A DNA stretch of 60,832 nt, the filler included, from Sphacelaria rigidula (lineage: Eukaryota), in NCBI GenBank assembly GCA_964200075.2. It is 8 parts of 8 records of this genome, joined end to end, with 100 filler letters (N's around TTAATTAATTAA, not from the genome) between each part and the next. Parts side by side here need not be neighbours in the genome. Positions count along the whole stretch, not along the records: positions 30,470 to 37,985 come from CAXNAA020014547.1; positions 38,086 to 45,601 come from CAXNAA020014548.1; positions 45,702 to 53,217 come from CAXNAA020014549.1; 5 more parts are not named here. The stretch is one strand, 5' to 3'. Positions 36,215-47,430 of the stretch are shown here, piece by piece. How positions within the stretch are numbered: the first letter of the stretch is position 1; the number at the start of each line of letters is the position of its first letter. The notes beneath the pieces are model-generated. The model was given only the letters and a program-made list of their open reading frames with translations. It was not told where the DNA came from and searched no databases. A program made the position numbers and the translations under genes.

Positions 36215-37545
36215 GATATGCTTACATCAGGTTCATTCGGGAAACTGGGGAAGCTGTGGTGTGAGCAAGTTTTAGCAGCTTTTAAGCTGGCCCAGCTCGT
36301 ATGCCAGAGGTGGGTGGAGGCGTGTATTTTCCGCACAACACGACCACGATTTGCCGTGTTCAGTTCGATGTGAGAAGTCGATACACCCAGGCTCAGTGTT
36401 GATGTGACAGCTGTTGGTAGTCGTTGCCAAGTTGTATTTGAAGAGGCACATGCTGCTTGGCGACCCCGTAACAGCACTACGACTCCGTATTATAATAGCT
36501 GTGTGATCGCTGGTGGCAGTCGTCGTCAAATTGGACTGGAATGCAGCGCCAATGAACGATATTTGCGTGCTGTTTTCGATTGGGGTAGTGGGCTTGTATG
36601 TGAGATATTCGTCTATAATGGAGGTTCGACATCGCGGTGAGGTCGAGCACGAGAGCGCAGCATTCTGCCCACGCCTCCTTATCGATATTGGCCCGACGTC
36701 CACTCGAAAGAGGGAGCAAACAATTCTCGGCAAGGTAATGTACCCAAGTGTATGCAGCTGTCGTAACTTCTGAATTTTATATTTTCTTATTTAATAGTAC
36801 CGCACATACTCCCTGCCTTGCATAGCACACGCTTCAACATGGCCTTTCATGACGGGAAACGAAATGTACTGAACTTCACTCGAAACGAGAGGGGGGGTAG
36901 AGAAAGCTCTGCAAGGCAATATACCGACGACCAGTAGTGTGTATGTTGGTATCGGAACGTCCGTTTCGACCGAACAAGGCCAACTGTGGGGGGGTGCTAT
37001 TTGTAGAATGCGCGTGCCTCCCACCTCCAGCATACAGTGATTACCGTCTTCATGTGCCTTTTCGAAGTGCGTGTCATACCGACCTCCAGCGTACGCAGAC
37101 TACCACGCGGTGGATATGCATTGAAGCTACTGATGTTCTGATGAGGTCCCCAAGAATCGTATGCCCTAGGAGCGTCTCCTCGACAAAGGGGGTTAAACAT
37201 CGCGGTCAGCTTGAACCTCCTTCAACCCCCGTTGTCGAGGAGAATCTATTGCCTCCAAAGCGGTGTTGACTTCTCGAATTGAAGTCAACTAACCCAATCG
37301 TTGGCGTTGCATTCAAGTCCAAATTGGCAACGACTGCCAACAGCTATCACGCAGCTGTTGGTGTTGTGGCGATGTCGCCAAGCATCATATGCCTCTTCAA
37401 ATGTTATCTGGCAACGGCTACCAACGGCTATTACGTCAACGCTGAGCATGGGTGTGTCGACTTCTCACATTGAAGTGAAGGCAGTAAATCGTGGATTGTG
37501 TTGCGCGAAATAGGCACGTCTCCGCCCACCTCCGGCACACACGGA
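36215..37545. repeat. Interspersed repeat present as inverted copies (36300-36530 vs 37310-37545); partial third copy at 46690-46770
   Basis: ATGTGAGAAGTCGATACACCCAGGCTCAG is inverted relative to CTGAGCATGGGTGTGTCGACTTCTCACAT. GGGAAACTGGG.AAGCTGTGGTGTGAGCAA is shared with ~46711. Confidence 0.8.
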
Positions 37546-37985
37546 CAACGGGCTTCGCTGTGGACGTGCATTCTTGCAGCCGTTCGTGGTAGAGTTAGTA
37601 TCGTTGTGACTAGCATACACGTACCACCCCATTATTACAGCTTTCAGTATTAACCCTCCAACCGCGAGCATACTTTGCTTCGAATGAAATTGATGCCGAG
37701 CCAACAGACGACCAACTCTCGCTGGCCACGGGTTGAGCACTCACTCAGGCACACTTCCTCTGTCTCATAAGTAAAGATACCTGAATTTGTACGGGCCCTT
37801 AACGATGTTCGATCGTTTTTTTTTCTAAAATGAACGCTACGGTGTTTTTTGGGGTCAAGAAAATGTGTTTAAAATTTGCAGCTCGTGCTTGAACCATGCC
37901 GCCGAACGGCTGCACAAAAAGTAGTCGGCCCAAAAATGGCCGTTTTTTGCCCCTTTCCGAGGGGAAAAAAAATTGTCGATTTGAA

Positions 37986-38085
37986 NNNNNNNNNNNNNNN
38001 NNNNNNNNNNNNNNNNNNNNNNNNNNNNNTTAATTAATTAANNNNNNNNNNNNNNNNNNNNNNNNNNNNNNNNNNNNNNNNNNNN
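37986..38085. other. Artificial contig spacer
   Basis: 44N-TTAATTAATTAA-44N. Confidence 0.99.
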
Positions 38086-38737
38086 GCACCCACATACACC
38101 GAAAGGTGTAGACTGGTGCCCAGAATAAATGGGACGACAACACACACAACACACACACAGAAGGAAAGACCCCTTGAAAACATGGCCAACGAGTGACGTC
38201 ATCGGCGGAGTTTGTCTACGATATCGTCTACTCTCCCCTGGTAATAACAAAAACTGTGCTGCCTCGCCACAACAGGGTGAGTCAGAAGGTCCGGAGCAAC
38301 AACGAAAGAGACAATACCAAGCTTGTGTTCTGTCTAGATAAGGTATAGCAGGAAGTGGGGAAATTTTGGTTGGCATACTAAACCACACTAGAATGTGTAT
38401 CAAAAGTCCCAGTGTGATTTGGCAGGGTAAAGAGCCCTGTTCCGAACACTACAGATATGGCTTTGAAGGATATTTGCCGACAAAAGGTATTTTATATACC
38501 GCTTTAAATACCCCTTCTTTCAGCCGGTATACACAATAGAACACAACGTTGTCCAATACTACACGATTTGGCCCACACCCTGGTCCGATTGCTGTCTACT
38601 GCGCCAGCCAGCAAAAGACGTGAACACACCGCGCAAAACGCAAAGAAAAAAAATCACGAAGCATTATTTTGACGTCATGGAAGCCCTCGCTTACTAGTAG
38701 CAGCATACCATCGCACAAAGAGGGGGGGGGGCGTTAC

Positions 38738-38852
38738 CTCCCAATCCTCGCAGTGTCGTGCAGGTTCGTAGTTGACAAGAAGGGAGACGGACACGTCCAG
38801 GGCGTTCAGCTCCGACGGTTCGATAGGCGAGAATCTCCGGTCATTTAAAGCA
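38738..38852 (-). CDS. AMMECR1: AMMECR1-family protein, third visible exon
   Basis: SALNDRRFSPIEPSELNALDVSVSLLVNYEPARHCEDWE, with CAG| acceptor and GAG|GTAAC donor. Phase matches the upstream exon. Confidence 0.93.
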
Positions 38853-39347
38853 CTGATAACCAAGGACAGCACATCGAAGGTTCAAGCAAGGGCAGCAGAA
38901 CAGTATCAGTAAGTTCAATCACAACACTTGGTTTGCTCCGACAATGCGGTTCACGAGGCGGAAACGTCAGCTGCGTCCGAGACAATTTCATGAACGCCAC
39001 AAGGACTCCATGAGAAAAACGTACTCGTTGTGCAAGTGAAGGCACAGCGTGAGGTCAGTCTGGCTTGAAAATGACTTACATGACCATTGTACAACACATG
39101 AAAAAAAAAAAACTCAAGTGATATTACCTAGGTTAAAAAAACACTCAACAGTATATATGAAAAGCAAGGCGCGACTTATGCTGTCCACGTCTATGAGCAA
39201 CTCGCACGACAAAACCAGGTATACCTTAATGAAGTAGTGTAGTACATTGTTTATCAAGTCATTCTCCATTTCAACACATTACTCCAACAGTGCTCAAGCG
39301 CCAAACTTCCCACGAAATCATTGCTACGCTCGCTCATAACTGCTCAC

Positions 39348-39461
39348 CTGCTATACGTGTAATCTTTGAGCGACGAGATGGACATGGGCGTCAAGGTGCC
39401 AATACAACCTCGAAGGCTCTCCATGCCCTGTTCATGCTTATCCCACGTCACGAACATCCCG
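39348..39461 (-). CDS. AMMECR1: AMMECR1-family protein, second visible exon
   Basis: GMFVTWDK...LRGCIGTL signature, CAG| acceptor, CAG|GTGAG donor. Confidence 0.95.
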
Positions 39462-39736
39462 CTGCTCGAAACAATGAAAGACACCGGGTGCACGCGAAAA
39501 ACAATGTTAAAACCCGGCGCTAGAATTGTGCAACAAGCAACATTGCTTCTGCTTTCATGAATACGAATGATCACGTTGCCAAAAGAAATATATATATAAC
39601 CATCACAAGTCACGCCCTGTGCTCGACGCAGCGAGTGCTTGCGGAGGCGGGACACCTTGTTTGCGTTCCTAAGGCAGCGAGCAGTTCTCACTGCGGATCT
39701 CACCGTTGGCGCTATTTACCAGGCGCAGCCGCCCCA

Positions 39737-40058
39737 CCCCGGTAGTCTAAATTATAATGATCAGTCGACGCCAGTAGGTTGAGAAGAACGCGGGTACGAT
39801 TCCCGCCAGATGTATTTGGGTTATATTCTCCAAGATGTCTGATTTCCGCCGTTGGAAGGGTGAGGACGGGAGTCGCAAAAAAAAAAAATGGCTGCGTTTG
39901 TTTCACGAGAGATGACGCGGTGCGGGAGTGTTTGTTGTGATCCAATCCGCAAGACTAAAGTGTAAGACGTGTAGCGGACGAGAGATGCGCTGATTTCTTG
40001 AGACCACGGACTCGTCCCAAGGAAGAGGAGGGGTTAAAAGTGTGACAGAGAAAAATAA
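39737..40058 (+). mobile_element. tRNA-derived SINE copy
   Basis: Head CCCCGGTAGTCTAAAT (A-box-like), GGTACGATTCC (B-box-like), conserved body CTTGAGACCACGGACTC.TCCC. Confidence 0.75.
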
Positions 40059-40383
40059 GTGTATGCTACTCACATGTGTCCAGGATAGGCGGTGACCACG
40101 GTATACCGATAAACTGGCGGGTTGTCACGCACCCGACCCTTTATTCGCACTTATGTTGAACGCTGAGGCAAAAAATCGGATTTTAGTCGTGTATGTATCT
40201 CCCTCCGAAGAAACTTTCAGTTGCAGGTGTAGGTGCGCAATATCCCCGGTTTGGGAAACCAACCTTGCGTGTGCGCCTCGTGAGAAAGATGTAGTCCTTC
40301 TAGCCAGCTTCAGCTGGTTATGCCTATGAGTGAGTTAACCCCCGGTTTGTGAAGCCACCGGTGCGACGTACTTATGGACGACC

Positions 40384-40489
40384 TCAACCCTTCAATCGCC
40401 AGGGCTTTTCATCAGTGCAGTCGGAATCAGTTTCACTTAGATAGTGAGTGTGAGACCCGGATCATCAACCTTAGCGCTCAAAGGGTTAA
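40384..40489. mobile_element. Possible small piggyBac-type MITE
   Basis: Imperfect TIRs TCAA-CCCTTCAATCGC and GCGCTCAAAGGG-TTAA. Confidence 0.4.
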
Positions 40490-40661
40490 GGGTTAATGGT
40501 GTTTGTGTCTACCTGTGGATAATTAATCTACTTGCTGCAATTGCAGTTGCGCAATTTCCCTGGTTTGTGAAACCGACCTCATGTGTGCGCCTCCCGAAAC
40601 AGATCTAGTCTTTTCAGCGCAGCTTCAGTTGGTATTGCGCATGTACCTCGTGCGGCAGCCA

Positions 40662-40884
40662 ATATATTACCCGACAAATATATATTGGTGCCTTCTCGCA
40701 CCAACATATTACTCGGCCAATATATATTGAGGTGGCCCATGTCGTGATATATTGTCCGGTCGATATATATTGCATGTCGCGAGCCTTGACATATTGCCCG
40801 CCAAATATACTTTGACCCTCTCTCGTGCCATTATATTGCTCGCCCAATATATATTGACCACCCGACGCGTCGACATATTGCCTG
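40662..40884 (+). repeat. 42-bp-period array: 26-bp conserved repeat plus 16-17-bp variable spacer, 5 full units and a partial sixth
   Basis: Consensus AYATATTRYYCGnnnATATATATTG separated by dissimilar GC-rich spacers. Confidence 0.85.
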
Positions 40885-43017
40885 TAACCTGGTCTGTTAA
40901 ACCAACCGCTCGACCTATGCAAGGATCATCTATTTTCTCTTCCGTCGAGGAATCGCGGTGTCCCGACGATCAATTGCTACGAGCTAAGAATACAGTTTGC
41001 CGTTGATAGGTCTTCTGCGGTCACAATGCCTTTCGATACGATGGATAGTAGACACAAATAATCGCCTAGCGAATAGTCATCTTGCTCGTCGCGGAGTTCA
41101 TCCTACATTCTTGTCTTTCGTCGCAGAAACCCTGCATGAGTTCCGCGATCAGGATTTTGATCTCAATCATCCAACAGGCCTGCATGATGGTGGAGGTAAC
41201 CACTCCAACCAGGCTCCAGAGCGTGCTGGGTGATGTGAAGTGAAGGAGAAACTGTGCACGACCTCAGGGGAGGAAACAGTGCGCGACGCGGAGGCAAACA
41301 AGGTGTGGCGTTCCCTCAACGATCATTGAACGGAATATTTCATGCGGTGTTTGCTAACGTCACCTGGAGGGAAGCTCTCAGGAGCGAACCACCAAAAATG
41401 GACAACTTGGTGACGTTGATAGTCGCCATGGCTCTCGGCAATCAAGATTGACCGCTGACCGACCTTGTCGCTAGGCGATTCACTCATGAGGAAAAAGAGG
41501 GAATCAAGGCCATAAGTGGCGTTAGAGCATGGGTTCCTTGAGACGGCTCGGTTGCACCATCATTTCCAGTAGCTGGGGCAGTTTGAACTCTCGGGGTATA
41601 ATTGCAAATTTACGTACATGGATGCCGGCAGGTTCAAGTCGCGTCGATCGTATCTACGTAAGCGCCGATCGTTGCTGAAGCGTACACGGTGCTGGTCCGC
41701 GTCAAAGCTAGCGAAAACAGAGGCTAAGACGTCGTGCCAGTTGTGATCGCGCGGAGAGCACTATCTCACAGGGGTTTTATCGTCGGATGAGCTCTTCGAT
41801 CTCGGTCACATCATGCTCTATATCCACGACATACAACAAGCGAGTGGCGGACGAGGTCGACGGTTCAAGGTCTGCTAAGGCACGATCAACCATGGAAACC
41901 AATGATCTGGTCCCCTTGCAACAATCACGGCTCTGGGGATGCCGATGACCTCGTAAATGTGTGGCAAAGCACGAGGAGTCCATCCACCTGGGCGTTCAAA
42001 AAGTCATCGATAAAGAGCGCCCGTAGTAATGCTACCTTGATGTTTTTGAAACCATCGGAGACATTCGTGAATAATCCTCGTGTGCCTCTGGAGGCATTCG
42101 ACTTTGGCAGAGTCCCGGCCCTTGCACAAGGCATGTCTTCCGAGAGAATCTTCCTCGAGCGAAGGATTTGCGCGCCCACGTGTACGTTGCGGGCGATAGA
42201 CACCACTTCAGTTCACTTCAAACGGCGCAATGGGTATGTAGAGCACGACAATGAAGTAAATTAATGCGGAGTGGTCAAAGTAAGGACGCAATGGCCCGTG
42301 CAAACATGAAATATGTCACATTTAACTGGTTGTGTAGTGTGACCTCCTGGCAATGTAGCTCGTCTCGTTCTTTGGTGGCCCGGCCAGAAGAGTCTACTGA
42401 AAACCGAGGTAAATTCCATTACATGAGGTGCTTGCAGGCGTCGTTACTCGTCTTGACGAGGCTAAGTGGCCCACAGAGCTGGTCCATGACACAAGCTGAG
42501 GCTTGTTTATAGTTCGTAATTCCTGGTATGATGAATCCAACCAACATATGTCGCCCACGTTCAGCTGGTTTCCGAGTTACCAGCCATTATCTCGATCCAA
42601 TGCATGGCCATGTCACCCTTAGATACATCCCGCTGAAGTGGGGGAGCTAATGTAGGGGTCGTCGGTATAGCCGACGTATAGTCGGCACCGTGTCATAATG
42701 ACAAAAGCCGAGCAAACCGGGCAGCTGGCAACTCCCACGTTCGGGATCGTTTTCGCCAGTGTCGCCCAGCTGAGGCGGATCGTGCAGTCTGAAAACAGCT
42801 GAATGAGCTGCAAGGCCATTTCTTCGTGACAGTTTTTGAGCTGGCTCGTGAGGGGGCTGTCGCGAAACCACTCTATTCTCTGCTATCCATGATCCCCTCC
42901 CCATATTTCTGTATTATATGAGTGCCCCATCTAAAGCAGCGGCCGGACTCCGCACTCCTGCCAAGCTGTACTGAACTACGTTGTCTGCAGCAGCCTTGCT
43001 AGTCGCAAATGGCTCAC

Positions 43018-43084
43018 CAAACGTAGCTAGTAGGGAAAGCTGGCGGTGGGGGGTCCAGGTCGTTGAAGTGGGCAATGATGACAT
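43018..43084 (-). CDS. AMMECR1: AMMECR1-family protein, first visible exon
   Basis: Polypyrimidine tract and CCCAG|, (D)VIIAHFNDLDPPPPAFPTSYV, TG|GTGAG donor. Splices in frame (TG+C=Cys) to GMFVTW. Confidence 0.85.
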
Positions 43085-43389
43085 CTGGGAAGACAAAAAA
43101 ATACGAAAAAAAAGAAAGGGATGGACAACAAACGAAAATAATGTTTGAATTCATGTAGTTCGAATTTGGGGGGACGTATCGGAAGGAAACACAACTCTAG
43201 ATTTGCAAACATCTCGACCACAAGAGTTCCTCGTCTCGGGATTGTCCAGCTTTCTCGTCACTTTGCGTTCACGGAAGCAAACAACTCATGCATGCTGATT
43301 TCAGACACGATAGGGAGGCCAATGAATGACACGCAAACACACGAACAAAACAAGGCACGCTATTGTTGGCTCTAGTGTTCGTGTGCTCT

Positions 43390-43569
43390 TTATTTATTCA
43401 CTATATATTATTTATTCATCTATCGCACTTCGAATCCCTGCCCTTCCTCGGGATGAGTCCGTGGTCTCAAGGGATCAACCCATCTCTCTCCGGTACATAT
43501 GGTTCATCATATTTCTGCCCCAACTCCTTTCAAATAGATCGTGTCACTGTCAGTCATCATCCACACGTC
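43390..43569 (-). mobile_element. Partial SINE copy, ending at the hAT MITE insertion
   Basis: GGGATGAGTCCGTGGTCTCAAGGGATCAACCCATCTC is the reverse complement of the SINE body. Confidence 0.7.
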
Positions 43570-43577
43570 GAATGTTG

Positions 43578-44731
43578 CAAGGGCAGGTCGAGTAGAGTAT
43601 GTACTTTGGAGTACTCGAGTAAAGTACCCCAGTATTTACTCGACTCAAATTTTGAGTAGGTCGAGTACGGCCTCGAATATTCTACTTAAAATTCAAGTAG
43701 GTTGAGCACGGCCTCAAATACTTTACTCGACTTTTAAGTAGATTGCGTACGACGTCAACTACTCAACTCAAATATTGAAGAAGCACTCTCGGTACAACTC
43801 GAGTATATAGTATCACTTGGGTGTGACCTCAATACTCTACTCAAATATTGAGAAGGTCGAGTACGGCCTCAAATACTCGATTCAAATTTTGAGTAAATCG
43901 AGTACGGTCTCAAATACTCTACTCAAATTTTGAGTAAATCGAGTACGGCCTCGAATACTCTACTCAAATATTGAGTAAGCACTCTCAGGAATACTTTGAG
44001 TATAGAGTATATCACTTGGGTATTAAAAGCAACCGTGACCGTCGGCGACTTCGTGACGTCACTTCACAGACAATGTCGAATACATGGGCGAACGATGGCC
44101 ATCAATCAGATGGGTGACGGTACATCACGGGCTACAATGAGTATAAGCAAATGATGGCCATAAAAAAAAAAGGCGTGCAGGTGAATGAACCTACCTACCC
44201 CAGCACTCCTGCCCCCACCCATGGTAGTACATACTTGATACCTCCCAACCCCTTCGATGTCACTTTCAGTACAAAGCGCTACTTACTATCGTTGAGTAAT
44301 CGAGTACACGGGTTGTCGGGTAGGTATTATCAAAATGAGCGACTCTACTGGCCGCACATGTGACTCCTCCATGGGAAAGCCAGCGGTGGGACATCGGGTC
44401 CAGCCTCAGATGCTCTACCCAACTTTCGAGTAGATTGAGTATAACCTCAAATACTCTACTCAAATTTTGAGTATGCACTCTCAGTAAAACTTGAGTATAG
44501 AGTACCACTTGGATATGACCTCAATACTCTACTCAAATTTTGAGTAGATCGAGTACAGCCTCATATATTCTCCTCAACTTTTGAGTAGGTTGAGTACGGC
44601 CCCAAAAAAATCTACACAAATTTTGAGTAGATCGAGTACGGCCTCAAATACTCTACTCAACGTTTGAGTACTAAAAGTATGACTCTTTGAAAATAGTGAG
44701 TATTGAGCATACTCTACTCGACCTGCCCTTG
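43578..44731. mobile_element. Complete non-autonomous hAT element with 24-bp TIRs and 8-bp TSD
   Basis: TIR CAAGGGCAGGTCGAGTAGAGTATG is perfect at both ends. TSD GAATGTTG lies at 43570-43577 and 44732-44739. Internal ~40-bp tandem units TCGAGTACGGCCTCAAATACTCTACTCAAATTTTGAGTAG. Confidence 0.95.
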
Positions 44732-45601
44732 GAATGTTGGTCCCTGACCTTACAGCAATTCTCAACCAAACCTTGTGCCTCCTGCCTCCCCCTCCCTTCC
44801 TACCCCTTTTTGGACAACATAAATGAGTCAATCCCTCGTTCTGTAGGCAACTACCTGTAGCAGTTTCAGGATTGACCTCATGCATATAAAAACTCGTCTG
44901 GTGGAGTGATATCTTTCTACTCCCCCTTCATGGAATTTCTGGTGGCCTTCATATAGACCCGAAGACTGAGTCCGATCATTCCATTCTCGATGGTCACCAC
45001 ATCAGTTTAACTTTCTGGCCAGCGATCAATTTTTGTCAATGCTCTCATACGGAGGCCATCCTTTCCCCGACTTCAGAAATAGCTAGTCAACACTGTTGTC
45101 AACGCTACGGTACAGGTGTGACTGGATATGACATTTTGACTAGATAAACTTGGAATACTGCACCACTCCTCTTCAAGGATGCGTCATACTTCTGGTAGCT
45201 GAATAAACTCGTGTTCGAACAGCCTCTTGTGAGCACAGGTGGAGTAAAAATATTCAGGCATTGACAAAAAAGTGACGGTGATATTTGCATTTTCTTAACA
45301 TCCCCCCTCCTTCTCCCCCTCCCCGCTCCGTCTCGATGCGTGGTTAATGGTCAGACGACTAAGGCAAGCAACAAATGAGTAACTCTCCCCCCCCCCTCTA
45401 GTGCTGGCCTGGTCCGGCGAGAACCCGGCGTGATCCGTCCAGGCTTTGTAGGGGCGGACTCCCGATGGGGTTGGCGTCGGCTGGTGATGATGCTGTAAAA
45501 CACGCCACTCACTACGTAAGCTAGGCAGCCAGGTTACCGCTTTTTTTTCGCGCGCTTGCGTTGTTTTTTGCGGTAACCATGATGGTAGTCGAGCTAGATC
45601 A

Positions 45602-45701
45602 NNNNNNNNNNNNNNNNNNNNNNNNNNNNNNNNNNNNNNNNNNNNTTAATTAATTAANNNNNNNNNNNNNNNNNNNNNNNNNNNNNNNNNNNNNNNNNNN
45701 N
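45602..45701. other. Artificial contig spacer
   Basis: 44N-TTAATTAATTAA-44N. Confidence 0.99.
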
Positions 45702-46500
45702 AGAGGGTAACGGTATGAAATCCGCGCGGAGACAGGAGTAGATCTTGCCATCCTTGTTGTTTACATTGCCCCCCTGTTGGTCGAGGCTGGCTCCAAGGTT
45801 GGAAAAAACCGCTAGTTTAGATTCTCCATATGTTAGGGGCAAATACCCCTGAGTTTTATAAGCCGTGACGAGCAAGACGCGGCTCCACAACGCAGCCAAG
45901 GAGATGAGTGCCTTCTGTCAAGGGCCACTGCGGACCTGCTCGGGCAGGAGGCAACATCTCCTCCCTCTCAGTGCCAGACCTAGCTTGGGCGTTACCACGA
46001 CGGTCTGAAAATGACAGGGGCAGTTGCTGTAGTTTTCTTCTGTCAGAATCAATCAGATGTTCTTCCGTAGTGTGCTCCCACGTGAAGATATTCACCTTTC
46101 TCTGGCAGGCGCGTGATCACCTTTGTGCACAGTTTTCACTTGGTTCCATAGTAGAGCAGAGCGCGAGTTGCAATTTGTTTTTTTTGCACGAATGGATCGG
46201 TATTCTAGCCCTGTCGAGCCGTGGCTCGCATCGTACAGTCAGTTCTACAGTACTCGTTGTACTGGCACTGGGAACACACAGCGTCAACTTACAACTGCGC
46301 GGGTACATATCGTGCAATAAACGCTTTCTGTATTCGTAGTGACAAGCATCCTTTGCCATCCGGCTGTCGAACGCGCGAAAGCTGGTCTGTAGCGCCAGGT
46401 ATCCGTACTGGTGTGGAGACCTCTCTTCCAAGGACGTCCGCCCTCTTTGATCTCAGCATATTTTCGGCCTTGGAGTATGACCGTCTTCAATTGACGCCGC
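45702..46500 (-). mobile_element. Degenerate RLE-type (CRE-like) non-LTR retrotransposon C-terminal fragment
   Basis: Across frameshifts: Q....IKEGG (resembling QxxLPxxxGG), a zinc-knuckle remnant SCP...THLLGC, RLARH, and LRADF (PD-motif-like), in the expected order. Confidence 0.45.
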
Positions 46501-46779
46501 GGATGATGAATGATCATTTCAGTACAATGCCTCCATAACGTTGAAAAGGAAAAATACCGGTGAACCCACCGCATGAAAAAAAAGACAAGAAAGCACTCCG
46601 ACACGCTATCGCCCAACGATATCAGGCGCACCCCGTACTCTATGCAGTACAATCACGTCATCGGCAATACAACGCCAATCGAACAGCGATAAGCTTGCAT
46701 CGGGTTTATTTGGGAAACTGGGAAAGCTGTGGTGTGAGCAACTTTTAGTCGCTTCCAAGCTGGCCCATCTCATAGCAGT

Positions 46780-47430
46780 CCGATCTGAGGCACGGCAGCA
46801 CGGTCCTCAGCAGGCAAGGGCCGGAGGCATGTGCCTACAAGCGCAGCCGCTGCAACGGTGCTCGAATTGAAGTGCGTCATGGTTTCAACACTGGACTGTT
46901 GAGGTTGGTGTATCAGTGCCCGTGCGAGGTGTACGACTGCCACCCCTCACGAAGCACGCTGCCCGGTGAAGGCGTCTGGAGGACATTTTCCATGCCGTCA
47001 ACACGGAAGATCATCCCGAGCCGTCAACCCCTGGACTGTCATCCCCCAATCACCGGTCTGGGCTATTGCCATGCCCTTCTATATGGGTACTGCTTCGCCG
47101 TGCCCTCCGTCTGCTTAGTCCAATCGTGCATCCTAATCCTTATTGTCAGCAAGACCTACCAAAGCCAAGTCCACGTCATGTGCTTGAACGCTCCGTACCC
47201 CACACCGCGTGAGAAGGCGTTGCCCCAACGCCCTCCGTCCTGGGTAAGGCATGTCGCACCCATTATCCACGATTACTACCTACACTCCGTCAGGTTCCAG
47301 TCAACTGAATGACGCGGTGCTCCACGGTACTTGGGATATCGACTGCCGAAATACCCGATATTCATCCATAGTGTGAGAGGTATCAAGTGGAAATCCATGG
47401 CACCCAAGAATGCACCCTGCAGTGTCGCAC
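46780..47430 (+). pseudogene. Possible decayed DxxH-type DDE transposase
   Basis: RRLEDIFHAVN motif and a downstream LPKYP..VRG..VE.H pattern in broken frames. Confidence 0.3.

Noticed and set aside
43600-44700. Palindromic ~40-bp repeats as a CRISPR array
   Set aside because: The units are contiguous without unique spacers and lie inside a TIR/TSD-bounded hAT MITE. No cas genes.
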